Origin: Phoronis australis
Taxonomy: Eukaryota; Animalia; Phoronida
NCBI GenBank assembly: GCA_002633005.1
Contig: NMRA01000784.1
Span: 1-64,000, forward strand
Length of the DNA stretch: 64,000 bases
Direction of reading: 5' to 3'
Numbering within the stretch: the stretch's first letter is position 1; each line of letters opens with the position of its first letter. Under the pieces are notes generated by a model. It did not search any database. It saw nothing but the letters and a program-made list of their open reading frames with translations, and was not told the origin of the DNA. This document shows, in pieces, positions 1 through 12,600 of this stretch. A program made the translations under genes and the position numbers.

Positions 1-411
1 TGATAAAGGAAGTTGTTACCTCCGAAAATTTCAAATTTCAGTTGATCCATTCTTGTTGTTTTATTTACCGATTTAATGCTTCATGAAACGGAAACTTAAT
101 TCTGTTTAAGAAAACAGTGATAACGTTTCTGAGATCTCCTCTTCAACATTTACATCGAATAAAATTTGATCAAGAGATACTGATACCGGGATTTTCTGTA
201 GATAAGCCCATGGTAAATGAAAAAATTCTTGTCTTTTAGTAGCACCAAATAAACTCCCGGGGTCTATTTGTAAAAGAGGGCTGTGAGAACAAAAAGTCAT
301 AGTTTTGCTGAATTTAATTGTTTTACTTAAAACTGTGTTTTTACATTTTATGTTGATAAATGCATAGCACACCTCTCAGGTGATTACGACTGATAACGGA
401 GGTCTGTAGAT

Positions 412-464
412 GGTGGGAAGTACAAGTGAACATTTTAGTAAAATGTTCACTTGTACTTCCCACC
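412..464. repeat. Perfect 53-bp palindrome (26-bp arms, 1-nt spacer)
   Basis: ggtgggaagtacaagtgaacatttta-g-taaaatgttcacttgtacttcccacc. Confidence 0.95.
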
Positions 465-511
465 CTGGTGGAAACTTACAATAATTATATAAAAGAGCTT
501 CAACATCTTAC

Positions 512-609
512 ATATGGTAAAGTTCCGTTATCTGTAGGGTCACCTTTCTCCCAATACCATTGCTGAATGTTGAAATCAGTGACGCTGCAGCTGTGTTTCT
601 CGAGAAGGT
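512..609 (-). CDS. Gene A exon 8: start of domain 3
   Basis: atttcag|DLLEKHSCSVTDFNIQQWYWEKGDPTDNGTLPY|gtaaga; paralogous to 23969-24063. Confidence 0.85.
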
Positions 610-3600
610 CTGAAATCGAACAGATACGACTGCTTCACAATGCAGTATCATTTATAGTACTGGGGCCACAACGTCTACAAACATGTTTATGCGCGGCTAT
701 AATGACATGTTTTCTCACAACACTGGCCTCTGTCGATCCCAGCTTCGTCAAATCAGTCTCACAATTTCGGAAATACGCACGTCCCAGTGCACCGTGTACG
801 AACACATGAGGGCGTGCTCTATTACGGTACTTGGCTCGGGAACGTCAACCGACTGAAGCCCAAGTTGTCTTTAACAGCACATGCACTTGAAATGTGACTG
901 TAAAAATGAAATTTTTTTGGATAATGAAAAATGAAGGAGAAACAGCAGGTGACAAAGTATTAAGTAAAACGAGAAAGAACGTCGTTGGTTGCCGGTAAAG
1001 ACCATGAGCATCGTGAAAATTGCATCACTCTGGCCTGAACATGAAAGCTACGCTTGCAAAAGTCATCTTGTTTTAGTACACCTTTCGGTAAGGCAAACCG
1101 TGATCTTATCCTATAAGAATCTTATATGATCCTATAAGATCCTATTGAATATCTTCGTATGGGAGCAAACCGTGATCCACCACTGAATTAATACTGATCC
1201 ACGGGTGGAGCAAGTGGTCTCTAAACTCCGGTACAACAGGTGCTAAGGATACCATTCATATAAAGACCAATCATTTGGAAACGGATCTTCGACCAGAAAT
1301 ATCAGTAACACACGTTACTATTAAGCATGCGTGCGATTCACATTCATGGAACAGCTTCGAAAGCAAAGCTGTTGTTTTGACACATGACCACATTTTAAAC
1401 CTTTCTCACAGCTAAAACCGAGAGGTATTAGACAGATCTTCGATGGCGAGCCACCATGTTGTGGTTGTTTTGTCTGAATACGGCACATTTTAATTGTAAA
1501 GGCAAAATTTACGGACAATCTTCAGCTGCCGCTGTGGGTTCACCGATCTCACTCATCGAAGCTAACGCGATTATATGGAGTCGTTTTAGGTACTGTACAC
1601 ACTATCGTGACCCGTAATTAAAGCTGTTGTATTGGCCTTGGAACTAGGGGATCTGCGCACAACTTGATATGGTTTGCATACAATTGGAATGTTGTTTACG
1701 TGAAAATACCCTGTTATTCCTGGATAATTTCGCACTAACAGACCCTAGTCGTATTACATTGTTTGTACGGTCCTTTGTCGGCTTTTGAATCGAAAGCGCA
1801 CGATCTTCAATTTGACATTGTTTGCGGACTTGTGGAAATATTAACTAGATTCGTTCCTCAGCAATTTAATTTAAAAAATCATCAAGTTTGCCCATTTAGG
1901 AGAACAGTCCAGTCTTCAACCTATTCCGTAGCGGGTTAACTTTCGATTTCAGATTTGACCGATTTTGGTCTTAAATTTTGGCCATTACAAATTTCAAGAA
2001 TCTGGGCTCAGACATTTTGATCTTAAGTTCGTCAGATTTTGATCCAAGTTAAGACAGAAACAGTTTCCCAAATCGACCCCTAGGTGTTATTTGGCTGTTT
2101 GATAAGCAGACTGAAGACATTGTCGTTTAACTTCTGTTTCATGGGTCTTTCTGTTGGTCCAACCTTATTTACTGTCACGTATTAATTCGGGTGTTATCCC
2201 ACTGGATTTATGATGTTCTGTTCACATGTGCTCTGCTACTCCAGATGAGCTATTTCCATCTCTGCAGCATATCCTGTGTTCAGAAAATCTGGTTTCCAGT
2301 GGCCGCAATTTGTTTGACCGATGTAATATTCGCCACATTCACACAAAATTTGATAAATGGCATTTTTCTGTTTTTGTTGTGATCTTGGTCAAGCGTCGAC
2401 CACGACGATATACATGTAAAGACAGCGACGCAGCATACATCGGTGAATCAAATTGCACCCTCTTAGCACACACTGCCTCATAGAAAAAATAGAAGGGTCA
2501 TTTGCGTCAATGCAAGTGCGATCAAATGCACGAAGAGTTGGTCAATTCTTCTGCAGTACTGTAGTGGTAAAATTTGAGGTACATGTAAGTAGGCGCCCAA
2601 TGCCTACCGTATCACCATGAGCATTGACATTTAAAAGTGCATTAAATTCCCAAAACCTGACTCACAAACATTCTAGGCGTACTTTTTGACTCACGACTGG
2701 GTTTTTACTTCGTGTCTAGAGTGGCAAATCTATGATGCCGCAGAAAGGGGCGAGCATTGCAAGCGGTTTTTGGGGATAAACACAATTTTAAAGGAAAATA
2801 GGCGCGTAACGCAAAGAAACAATGCTGGCGACGTTTTTAGTCGGCTGCGGGTGCACGTGTTCTCGTGGCCCTTCGGTTCCCATTCATACATCCACGGTAT
2901 AACACCATAACTGTTACTTTATATTGAAATATTATTCTAAAAGTTCATTTCTCGGCGAACATATGGTACTCCGCACGCTTGAAAGTCTAGTTGCACGAAC
3001 ACGATGTTACATAAGTTGATGTTTTATCCCGGATCCCATCAGCTATGTTTTGGGGTCCAAGATGTTCAAAATTTTGCAAATCGACTGCTCATCATTGTCA
3101 AGTCAACACCACTTTAAGTTCACAACAGCTTTTTGAATAAATTTTCCAGAACGTATGGTCACGCCCGCAGTGCTAAAGTGGGGCGTAGGCGCAGGTAAGT
3201 GCAGCCAACCACCTTTCGGTATTTCAATGTAGCGCCTACACACCTTAACGTACGTTCAGTGCTCAAAGTGATACAGTGGGCTTTGGGCGCCTAATTACCT
3301 CTAATTTTACCACTACAGCACTGCACGCGCGACGAAATATTCGGCAACGATGCTGTCGTCAGCGTAGCAGTGCATCGACACCGCAAGCTATTGTACTACA
3401 TGTACTTCCCACTACAGTCACATACTGTGCGTAGGTGCTACGCAAATGTAAACAGATGGTTGGCTCCGCCTACACCCCACTGTAACGTAACTTACGGTCG
3501 GTACTGCGTAGACGCTACGTTTAAACGCCAGAAGGTGGTTGGCTGCGCCTACGTGCCGATACGCCTCACTATACAGCTCTGTTCTTCTGACTGTGAAGGA

Positions 3601-6600
3601 TTTAAAGTACTAATCAATGATGAACCAGACTGGAACAGACGCGATGAGACAGAATCTACACAGATCGCCATACACTACCTAAAAGGGACGTGGAAAGTTC
3701 TACCTTCCAAAAAATATGCCTGTGCTGTTCCACTACATCCCACCAAACGGTTCCGGAGTGCGCTGTCATCGACATGTTCTCTAAAGGGTCCTTCGATCTA
3801 AGCTGTGAGTATCAGGTTTAAGTCTTGTTCTTGCATATAAAACAGCCTTTCCGAAACTTCATGCAAACCGATTAGATGTTGCATGTATGTAAGTACATGT
3901 AAAATACCTTTAGTCCTACAGAAACATAGACAACATACCCACTGCGTGAGGAACACCCATTCTTATTTCCTCGACAATCCATCGGCTTAAAGTGTGCTCC
4001 ATTGTACTACCATCTACGAAGCCGTACGTCTTCACGTGCAGTGAGACGATTAGTTTAGCGGAAGGTAGACCTCTGCAGATGCCGTCAACTAAAAGAATAA
4101 AATAAAATCAGCTACTGGGAATTTCCGTAGAAGAGCCAACTAATGAATTACTCTTGGGCCTTTATTTGGAAAATCATGACGAAGAAAGGCTCATGGGCGT
4201 TTAGTTGGTGTTACAACTTCTGGTGTAAACTGTCCATATAGTGGGGCGTTTATTACGAAATTCCCTCTTAAAGCGGTCCGTTGAATGTACATGTATTTAG
4301 TTGTAGTTATCATGTGTACACGTGTTGACTGTTAATAAATTTTGCTTGTGAACCACATTTTTTATTTCATCGAGCATTTTCGTCTCTAGTTCGTTTAAAA
4401 ACGCCCCCTCTTCCCCACAACATTTCGAGAGCACACAAATTTTCAGTTTCGACTATCTTCGGAAAAACGTCACAAAAGACAGGTGACCCGATCATTGCCG
4501 AGTCTGACCATGGTGTTCATTGCTGTGCCAAGAGGAGTAATTTTTTCGAATTTAGACAGATTTTCAGATTAAACTGGAGTAAATATTTGAAGAAGATTGT
4601 TGGACTGTTGTGTGTTTTGAGGCTGTGGGGTTATCTTTGCACAAGTTTCCCACAGATTCAAAACTGCGTCACAAGTGGGAAGACTTTGTCCACGAGCCGG
4701 AGCGTCGCCGTATTCTGTAGTTTTTAGCGAACATATTTCTATGGCCTGCTATCCGGGTATAGTTGTAAACCAGGATAATTGAACTTTTAAAGACTATTTG
4801 AAACGGTACATGCCGTCGCTTTGCGAACGTCAGTAAGCCTTGTGCTAGAGTATTTTAACCTAACATTCAAAATGGCGGATAGCATCGACGGACATTGTCG
4901 GCCAGGACTAGTGCTTGAAGTAGGTAGTAGATTGATTTTCTTTTGATGTACAATTTTGCAACATTAGTGTTTGTAGGTGGATGTGCTCAATAGCTTGATA
5001 CTCCGATCCATTGAATTTTAGCCTAGTCCATGCGCGAACCCAGGGGTAGGGTGAGCAAACCAATATGGCGGAAATTCAGCAAGAGCGAAATTTTGTCATT
5101 TTTCAAGATTTCCACAAGCTCATATCTATTAGCGTACTAAAAGTTCAAAATGAAAAGTTTGCCAGTAAAATATTAAATTTTTCTTCTTTCCATTGATACC
5201 CATTACAAAAAATGGGCATTAATGAGTATTTTTAAAAATTGAAGTAAAGCGAGCACTTCACAAATTTTTCACTCACCGGTAAATTCTTGTGACTTTCAGT
5301 AGGGGTAGGGGTCGAGCTTTCAGCTGTTAACTGGGCGTTACTGAACCGATCTTAATGATATTTATATCAAACTGTTTGCTACAAACTTCTACTTTCAACG
5401 CTGAGTGTACACTTTTTATTTTTGTTTACAAAAATATGAGAAAATGTACTTTTTTAAATTTAATGCCTAGTCACTCTCTCACCTGGAAAAATCCTTTAAG
5501 TTTACCCTCAATGTCATAATCACCAATCATGTCCTAATCCATTAGTGACCAAAATTTTTCGATTTATCTCACCATTTCCATTTAGGAACACTTCTAAAAA
5601 GGTAACTTCAGTCATTTTTCAAGAACCATGTTCACCTTTCCCGGGTTCAAACTAAACTCGAACCTGACTGGTCAAATGTATTCAACAGAACCAGTCGAAA
5701 CTTCTCTAAATTACAAAAAGTGGCCCAAACCTGGTGAAAGTTTTTCATTAAAATAATATAGAATACTTTTAAAATTTAATTTACTTCAATTTTGGGTATA
5801 GAGTCATTTTTTCTATTTTCTTCAAAAATATTTTTGTTACACTTTTACTACCAGTTTACTATCAGTTTCAATGCTAGAAAATTACATATTTCACCAAAAT
5901 AAATGTTCAGTCATTAATCCAGTGCATCAAAACACTTTAGAATACAAATATGCTCTTTTTGGATAGTCACCAACACAACACATCTCAGTTTCTATATTAT
6001 TTGAAAGGAATGAAATTAATTTAAAATTCGGTGAAATTTAAGGGTCCAATTACATTTTGTTTAATTAAAAATGCATACTATCATTTTTGTCATTTGGTGT
6101 GCATTTTAAGATTGTGAAAACATTGATCTTACTTGGAAAAAAATTATATAACCTAACAGGTTTTTAAATAAGTAACGAAATACTCTGGTTTTTGCTCATT
6201 TTGAATTCATTTGTTCTGCAAATTTCATTTTTTTATTTCAAAAATGTTTGGAGCAAAGGAAATATATTCACTAAACCATAGTAATTCTTGAAGGGTTTTG
6301 TCATTTTTAAGGTAATGAGTTGCTTTCTTTTTAAAACATCACTTGTTCAACTTAGGTTCAGGGGCAAAAATGTTCTGTCACAAGTCGAAAAAAAAGTCGA
6401 TGGTGAATTTTTCAGTTTTTGTTGTTCTTGTTCTTGTTCGTGCAATATACAATGATTTGTAGTTTGGTGTCGATGCCATGCCGTTAACCTACTTGCAAAG
6501 GAATCTCTATCTTGTTTTAGGAACACATTGAGCTATAGATTCCCAAATAAAACTCACCATTTTCTGTGGCCTGAAATTTCAGGGTGCAGTTTGCTGAATC

Positions 6601-9600
6601 AAGGCCATTTTTAAGTAACTCGAGAACCGCCCAAGGCAACCGATTTGAAAAATTCAAAAAGTTGTATAAATGGCATGTCTAAAGGTATCATTTAACACTC
6701 TTTTCAACTGTTTGTGATGAAATTCGTATTTGGGTTTGCTCACCCTACCAGGGTGATCGGGGGTTCGAACGAGCTCCCCCCCATTTGGCGAAGTGGACAA
6801 AAAGGTCCGCCTCAGAGAAACAAAAAGTCAGAGAAAACGAGACAAAACGTTCACTAAAAAGACGCAAACGCACAATTCACAGCTCTGGACGTGGTACTTC
6901 CTTTTTAGCTCTTCGGCTTTTTTGTCCGTAAAAGGTCCACATCGCCGGAAATTCGAGCCCCCCAGATTAAAGGCTTGGTGCGCGCATGTAGTCGATTGCT
7001 AGCTGGACTGATAAACAGTAAGAGTAGGGCGATGGCACCAGTTTTTTTCTATTTGCAAAAATACTTCAATATAATCGGAAAGATGATGCATACCACTCAA
7101 TAAAAATTGGGAAATTATCAAAATTGAGTTGAGCAGTGCAAAGTTATTGCATTTTTTGTGGCGAAATTTGGGTCATTTGTTAGGATCGGGTCGGCCATCT
7201 TGGACGACAGCGGCATAAGTAACGAGTTTAAAACCGTGTATAAATTTTTTTCATCAATAATTGGAATTTAGTGAGAAATATCTATGACTACTATTCTGAG
7301 CAATTCAACAGTTTTAACTAGATTTCATCCACGCAGATGTTTCATATTGAGTGATAAAAGTGCTCGCAATTCCCGTTGGACCTAGTCTCATTTCCGTTGG
7401 CACCGAAAACATGGCGACTTACGCTGAGCAGAAGGGCATGTTCAGTCGGTTATTTTGTGCTGACGCCAGCATTCCGTATGATGAGGTCGTAGATCGGTGT
7501 TTGCATACACATCGCCTCGATTTCACCAACGATGTACAGTTGTATGCAGTGTCTACCGCGACCTTCACTATGGGAAAGGATCGCGCTGTCCAATACATGT
7601 ATATTAACACTCAGGTGTGGTGTTTCCTCGTCATTTGACTTTCTTTGACTAGGGACGTCTATAAGCGGTGTCACGCATTATGCGTACTTTTTTCTTGTAG
7701 ATGTAACCGTCACAAACGGGCATATTGAGGTCAGCAGGAGGCTCTCTGTACTTATCACAGGTCCCTGTCCCTACGGGTATTGATGTCCCATCGACTGATT
7801 TCAGACAGCCATCAACTATGTGCTGCTCTATCGGACTAGCCTTTGCTACCACAGCTTGAAACATCACCGTCTTCTTGGTGTCTTCTCTCTTGACCCGTTC
7901 CTGTTGCAAGGCAGACGACTGCTTACCTGAAGCGAATCTTTTGGACTAGGAATTTTCATTCCACAGTTCCTGGCTAGATGACCTTTCCGATGATAATTGA
8001 AACACTCTTTGTCACCCTTGTTTCTGGTCATCGACGAACGAGGAGTCTCTGTCCTTCGTTCCTCTGTGTTGCTTGACGGTGCCTGTCTTCTGGCTATCTG
8101 ACCCAAGTCTTTCTTTGAGAACCCTTTGCCAACAAACCAGTACAGTGGGCGTCCATGTACTGTTGAGCAATGGACGACATCCCGTCGAAGGTCTTCGGTT
8201 TCCGTTCCCTCAGGAATACAGACATCTCAGGATGGCATACTCCTAGAAACTGCTCTCCGATCAGTAAGTCTCTGAGTCCACTTGTGTCCATCGGTCAAAG
8301 AACCTTTTCAGTCTTGCCCCAAATTGGAACATGTTTTCACCGTTTTCAGGCTTGGACTCTCTGAAAATCCGTCGGAACCAATTTTCAGGTAGTTAATACC
8401 TGTGCAGTAGCGTAACCTTCAGTTGGTCATAGTTGTTAATTTTGTAGGACGGCATGTTGTTGAATACCTGTAGGCCCTTTCCTGTTAGCATTGAACTCAA
8501 GTCTACAGCCCACTCCGATTTATCCCACTTCTTGCTTGTGGTGAAAGTCTCAAATATGTAACTGCGACTCAACTGCAATTTAAATTCAAGTCAACTTCAA
8601 GTGACTGTCGCTAACCTTTCCTTGAGTATTTATAGTCTCTCACACTGTTATGATTTTTTTCACCAATTCATGCACATTCTAGAATCGTTCAGAAGGTTCC
8701 CAATCGTTTATTGGCTTTAGACTGTTCCAGGTTACGGATCTACATATATATTAAACCCTGATATGTTGGAATCTGCTGAATGAGTATTTTGTTGTGAACA
8801 AATTACATCATCTCTGGCCTGACGTCATAGGTAATGTCAATCATTTGATTGCTGTTAGCAAACAAATACAGCAACGAAAGTAAAACTTATAAATGGGAGG
8901 CACAGCACTGAAAAAAGTTTGGGCTCTAGCCCNNNNNNNNNNCCCCCCCCTCCCAACCCCTTATGGTGCGCAGCCCATGTTACAGCAAGTGGTGTGGTAA
9001 TATAGTAAACTCATTGCTTGTAGTACTGAAACCAGTGTCTGTCTTCTCCTGAAAGAGGATTGATATTTGGATTGAGTACCGGCCCACTACCGGGTAAGGA
9101 CATATTTATCATCTCAAGATGAAGACTAGAAAATAGAACGAGTCTTAAAAGGTATTTTCGAAGTCTGGAAGGCTAGCCAAACTGTATGCAATGCAACACT
9201 CTTGGGTCGATCACTAGACGTGCCCCATATGCTATTTCTAATGTGTTTTCATCACAACTGGTACACATTCATGTTTTCCACTAAGACTTGACAACACCAT
9301 TCCAACTTACCCCCATTTGTGCCGTCCATAAAAATACCGTCCTTTGTTTCCAGAATTCCATCGACAGGTCCAGGGCCCGTACACACGCTGTCATTAAAGT
9401 GTACTGTCCAACGAGCCCAACCATGAGAACCGAACAACGCAAACGTACCGGCAAGAAATATGACGTGAACAGCAGTGTCGCCTGCTCGCTTCTCAAACTC
9501 ATGAGACTGAATAAGACATTAAATATCATTAAAACATGCCAACATAATCATGACTACATAAAACCATCGGCATCGTCACAAATTCTCCCACATTTTTGTC

Positions 9601-12600
9601 ACTCTCGTCAGTTGCTGGTACAATAATTTCGATAAGAGATGTCGCTATCAGCATTAACCAATCTGTTAAAGTTCACAAATAGCCACAATTGACAGTGTCA
9701 GCACATCTCAAAAATGGGTTGGGCATGGGAGAACTTACTGAATCCTACATTCCGTGAACACCAACAAGATTATTTAATTATTCACTTTGTCAGACAGATG
9801 CAAAATATATGTCCCACTTGTTAAACATTAAAGTGTCCTACCCAAAGAGTTAAATTTTTGCCGGCTGTGCTCCTCCCGGACCAAGTTTTTTGTTGAACAT
9901 TAAATCTCGAAGATGAGGGACATGTTCCTGAAAAGAAACGGAAAAAGTGGACATTAGAATTATGCTTCAAGAAATAACAAAAAGTTTTGAACCGCTTTGT
10001 CTACAGCTCCAAATTGTGCAAGATTTCAATACTGCGTATATTGATTGAAAATAGCAACTGCCTATTACACGTGCAAGCTATTCTACCTTTGTTGATTATC
10101 GAAGTCTTTTTCTAGTTGTTCACAGAGATGGTTTGGTTGACGAAGAAATAAAAAGATAGAAGAAAAGAAAAATAATGAAAGCTTGATCCATATTGATAAA
10201 ACTGCCTTCAATTGTTGTAGCAATCTCATTGGCTATGTTGATTTTAATGTAGAGAAATACAATCAAAGATCGTGACTTAGAATTTCAACAAGCGACTTCA
10301 ACTTTTGCTGGCTGCTGCACGCCTGTATTTGGAGATCGACAGATATGCAATTTCTCAAATAATAGACTGCATCAAAACTTACTGAAGCATAAATTTTTAC
10401 GAAATTAGCTTGCAATTGCCAAAAAGCTGCTTTGAAAGGGAAGTTCCGAGTCTCACAAGCAGCATCCAAACAGGGAGAGCATAGGAGATAGGTTATCCCA
10501 CAGAAGGGGGGGTGGGGGTGGGAACAGACCCAAAAATTTTCAGAATGCATCCGTCTTAACGCTACTTCTGATTTATTCCAATTTAGAAGTGCATTCTCGG
10601 TTTACGATAGTCCATATTTCGCGTTCTCTAAAATTGGTATCCTCGTTTTTAGAAATCACAATGGGAACTTTTAGTGTATCAAGCTCGCCTCAGTCTCTTT
10701 GAAATGGAGTTATATGCATCAGAACGAAACCGTTTTTAAATGCTACTGCTGGAGTGTTTCAAAATCTGGGATTCGTGAACCCTCAAGATTTAAATCAAGT
10801 ACTGCTAATTGAAAAATATTTTCTTTTTAATCTCGATTTATCCCTCTGTTTCGCTGTGTCATGTTTTAGTATCTTCCCGTAATTTGGCTGTCACCATGAA
10901 AAGGTTTTGTCTCTGGCACTGACATCTTGAAATCATTAGAGGTAGGGATCTTTCTACAACTCTGATACAGAGGCTGGACCATGACCAGTAGGCAATGAAT
11001 TAAATAGCTCCGTAAATGCGGTTATCTTAACTGCTTACCTTTTGCCTTCCTCATGTCATTTTCTTCGAGAGTAATCGACATTCCAATCTGCTCCCTTAAC
11101 GGCCATCCAGTGCTGTGTTCTGGAGATTTACCTACTACACAGGGCTCGACGGCAAACTGCACTTCTGTTGTTCCCACCAAAATGTCGTCACAGATTCCAT
11201 CGACTGTCGCAGAAAATGTTTACCGTTAGCACTTTCAATGAATTGTTTCATCATACTACACGAATTAGAGGAAAGGTTCTGGAAAATGTTTTACATTTAA
11301 TGTAATTTTTCACGTCTCGTGCCAACGGACCTATCGCCAGGATTTTGACTGTCGGCTTAACTGACTAATCAGAACGTAGCATTCTTGACACACCTTCGTT
11401 CGTGTTATTCGACAAATAACACGTTGTCGGATGAAGCTTATTTTAATCTTTAGCTCAACAAATAAGAATGGTGAAACGGTGTTGCTGTGGCGTGTGTAAT
11501 TCCGACAGACGTTATACAGTTCGAGAAGAATGTCCCGTCATTTTTGGACATTACCTGAAGTCGAAAGATGTGAAAATATTTCGCTCATGGCGGCGACATC
11601 CCGTTGCTCCCAACTTGTTCGATTCTATAGCCCAACAAAAAGTTGGGAAGTTTACCCCTGTAGCCAATATCTTACACGACTGATTAACTCCATTCTGCCG
11701 TTGATGGTTGGAGGGCCTGCGCTCTTTTGTTCGATAATTCCTCTAATCTGATCAGATCGTATCTAGCCTGACTGGGCTGGGCTGATAAAAATGAAAGTTA
11801 GCTTAAACGAATAGCTTTCTGAATTCCTCGTCAAATGGTGATCATGTTCTGTTTTTGAATCACCAAAATCGTCCAACTACAACAGAAGTTAACACAAGCT
11901 ATTCTGTCCAAACTGATTACCAATGCTCTGGTTTTGACTGTGTTCATACGCGTTCGGTAATAGCGTACAACCACGCCCACCATATGCTTCATAACTCTTA
12001 CATCCATGACACGTATACATTATACTTTTGTTTGATCCAGTAAGTTGTTTTTGGTAGTATATGCTATTTTAATAAAAATATTACGCCTGATGTGTTAGTT
12101 TTCCCTTTGAAGAGAGATAATTGGCTTGCTTGTTATATCATACGGGACAAAAGACTGAGCTGGGCAGTTAACAAAAAAGCCAGATGTTATCGTACGTTCA
12201 GCACCCGTCACGTCTGGAAAAGTTACTGAACGACAGGACGCTATAAAGTCGAAAGATAAGAAAAGCATAGTTCTACCAACTTAACCTACTTCTGGCTTTA
12301 CACATGTACATTTCATTTGGCGAAATTTAGCAGATTGCAAAATAAAATGCCCGTGAATCTTCGACTGGTTTTATCCAAAATATACTGAAATCTATGTCTC
12401 CGAAGAGGTTTCCTTATTGAACGCAAAGCAATTGTCGGCATAGCCAATAAGAATGTTTAGCGTGACGTCATCAGTTTGACATCATTATGACGTTTTGGAC
12501 CCAGTGTGACGGCATGTCTAATCTTATTTCCGGGTCCAAATTGTGTCAGCTGCTGCCATGACACGTCATCACTAAACACCCGAATACTCAGCTTTGTAAG

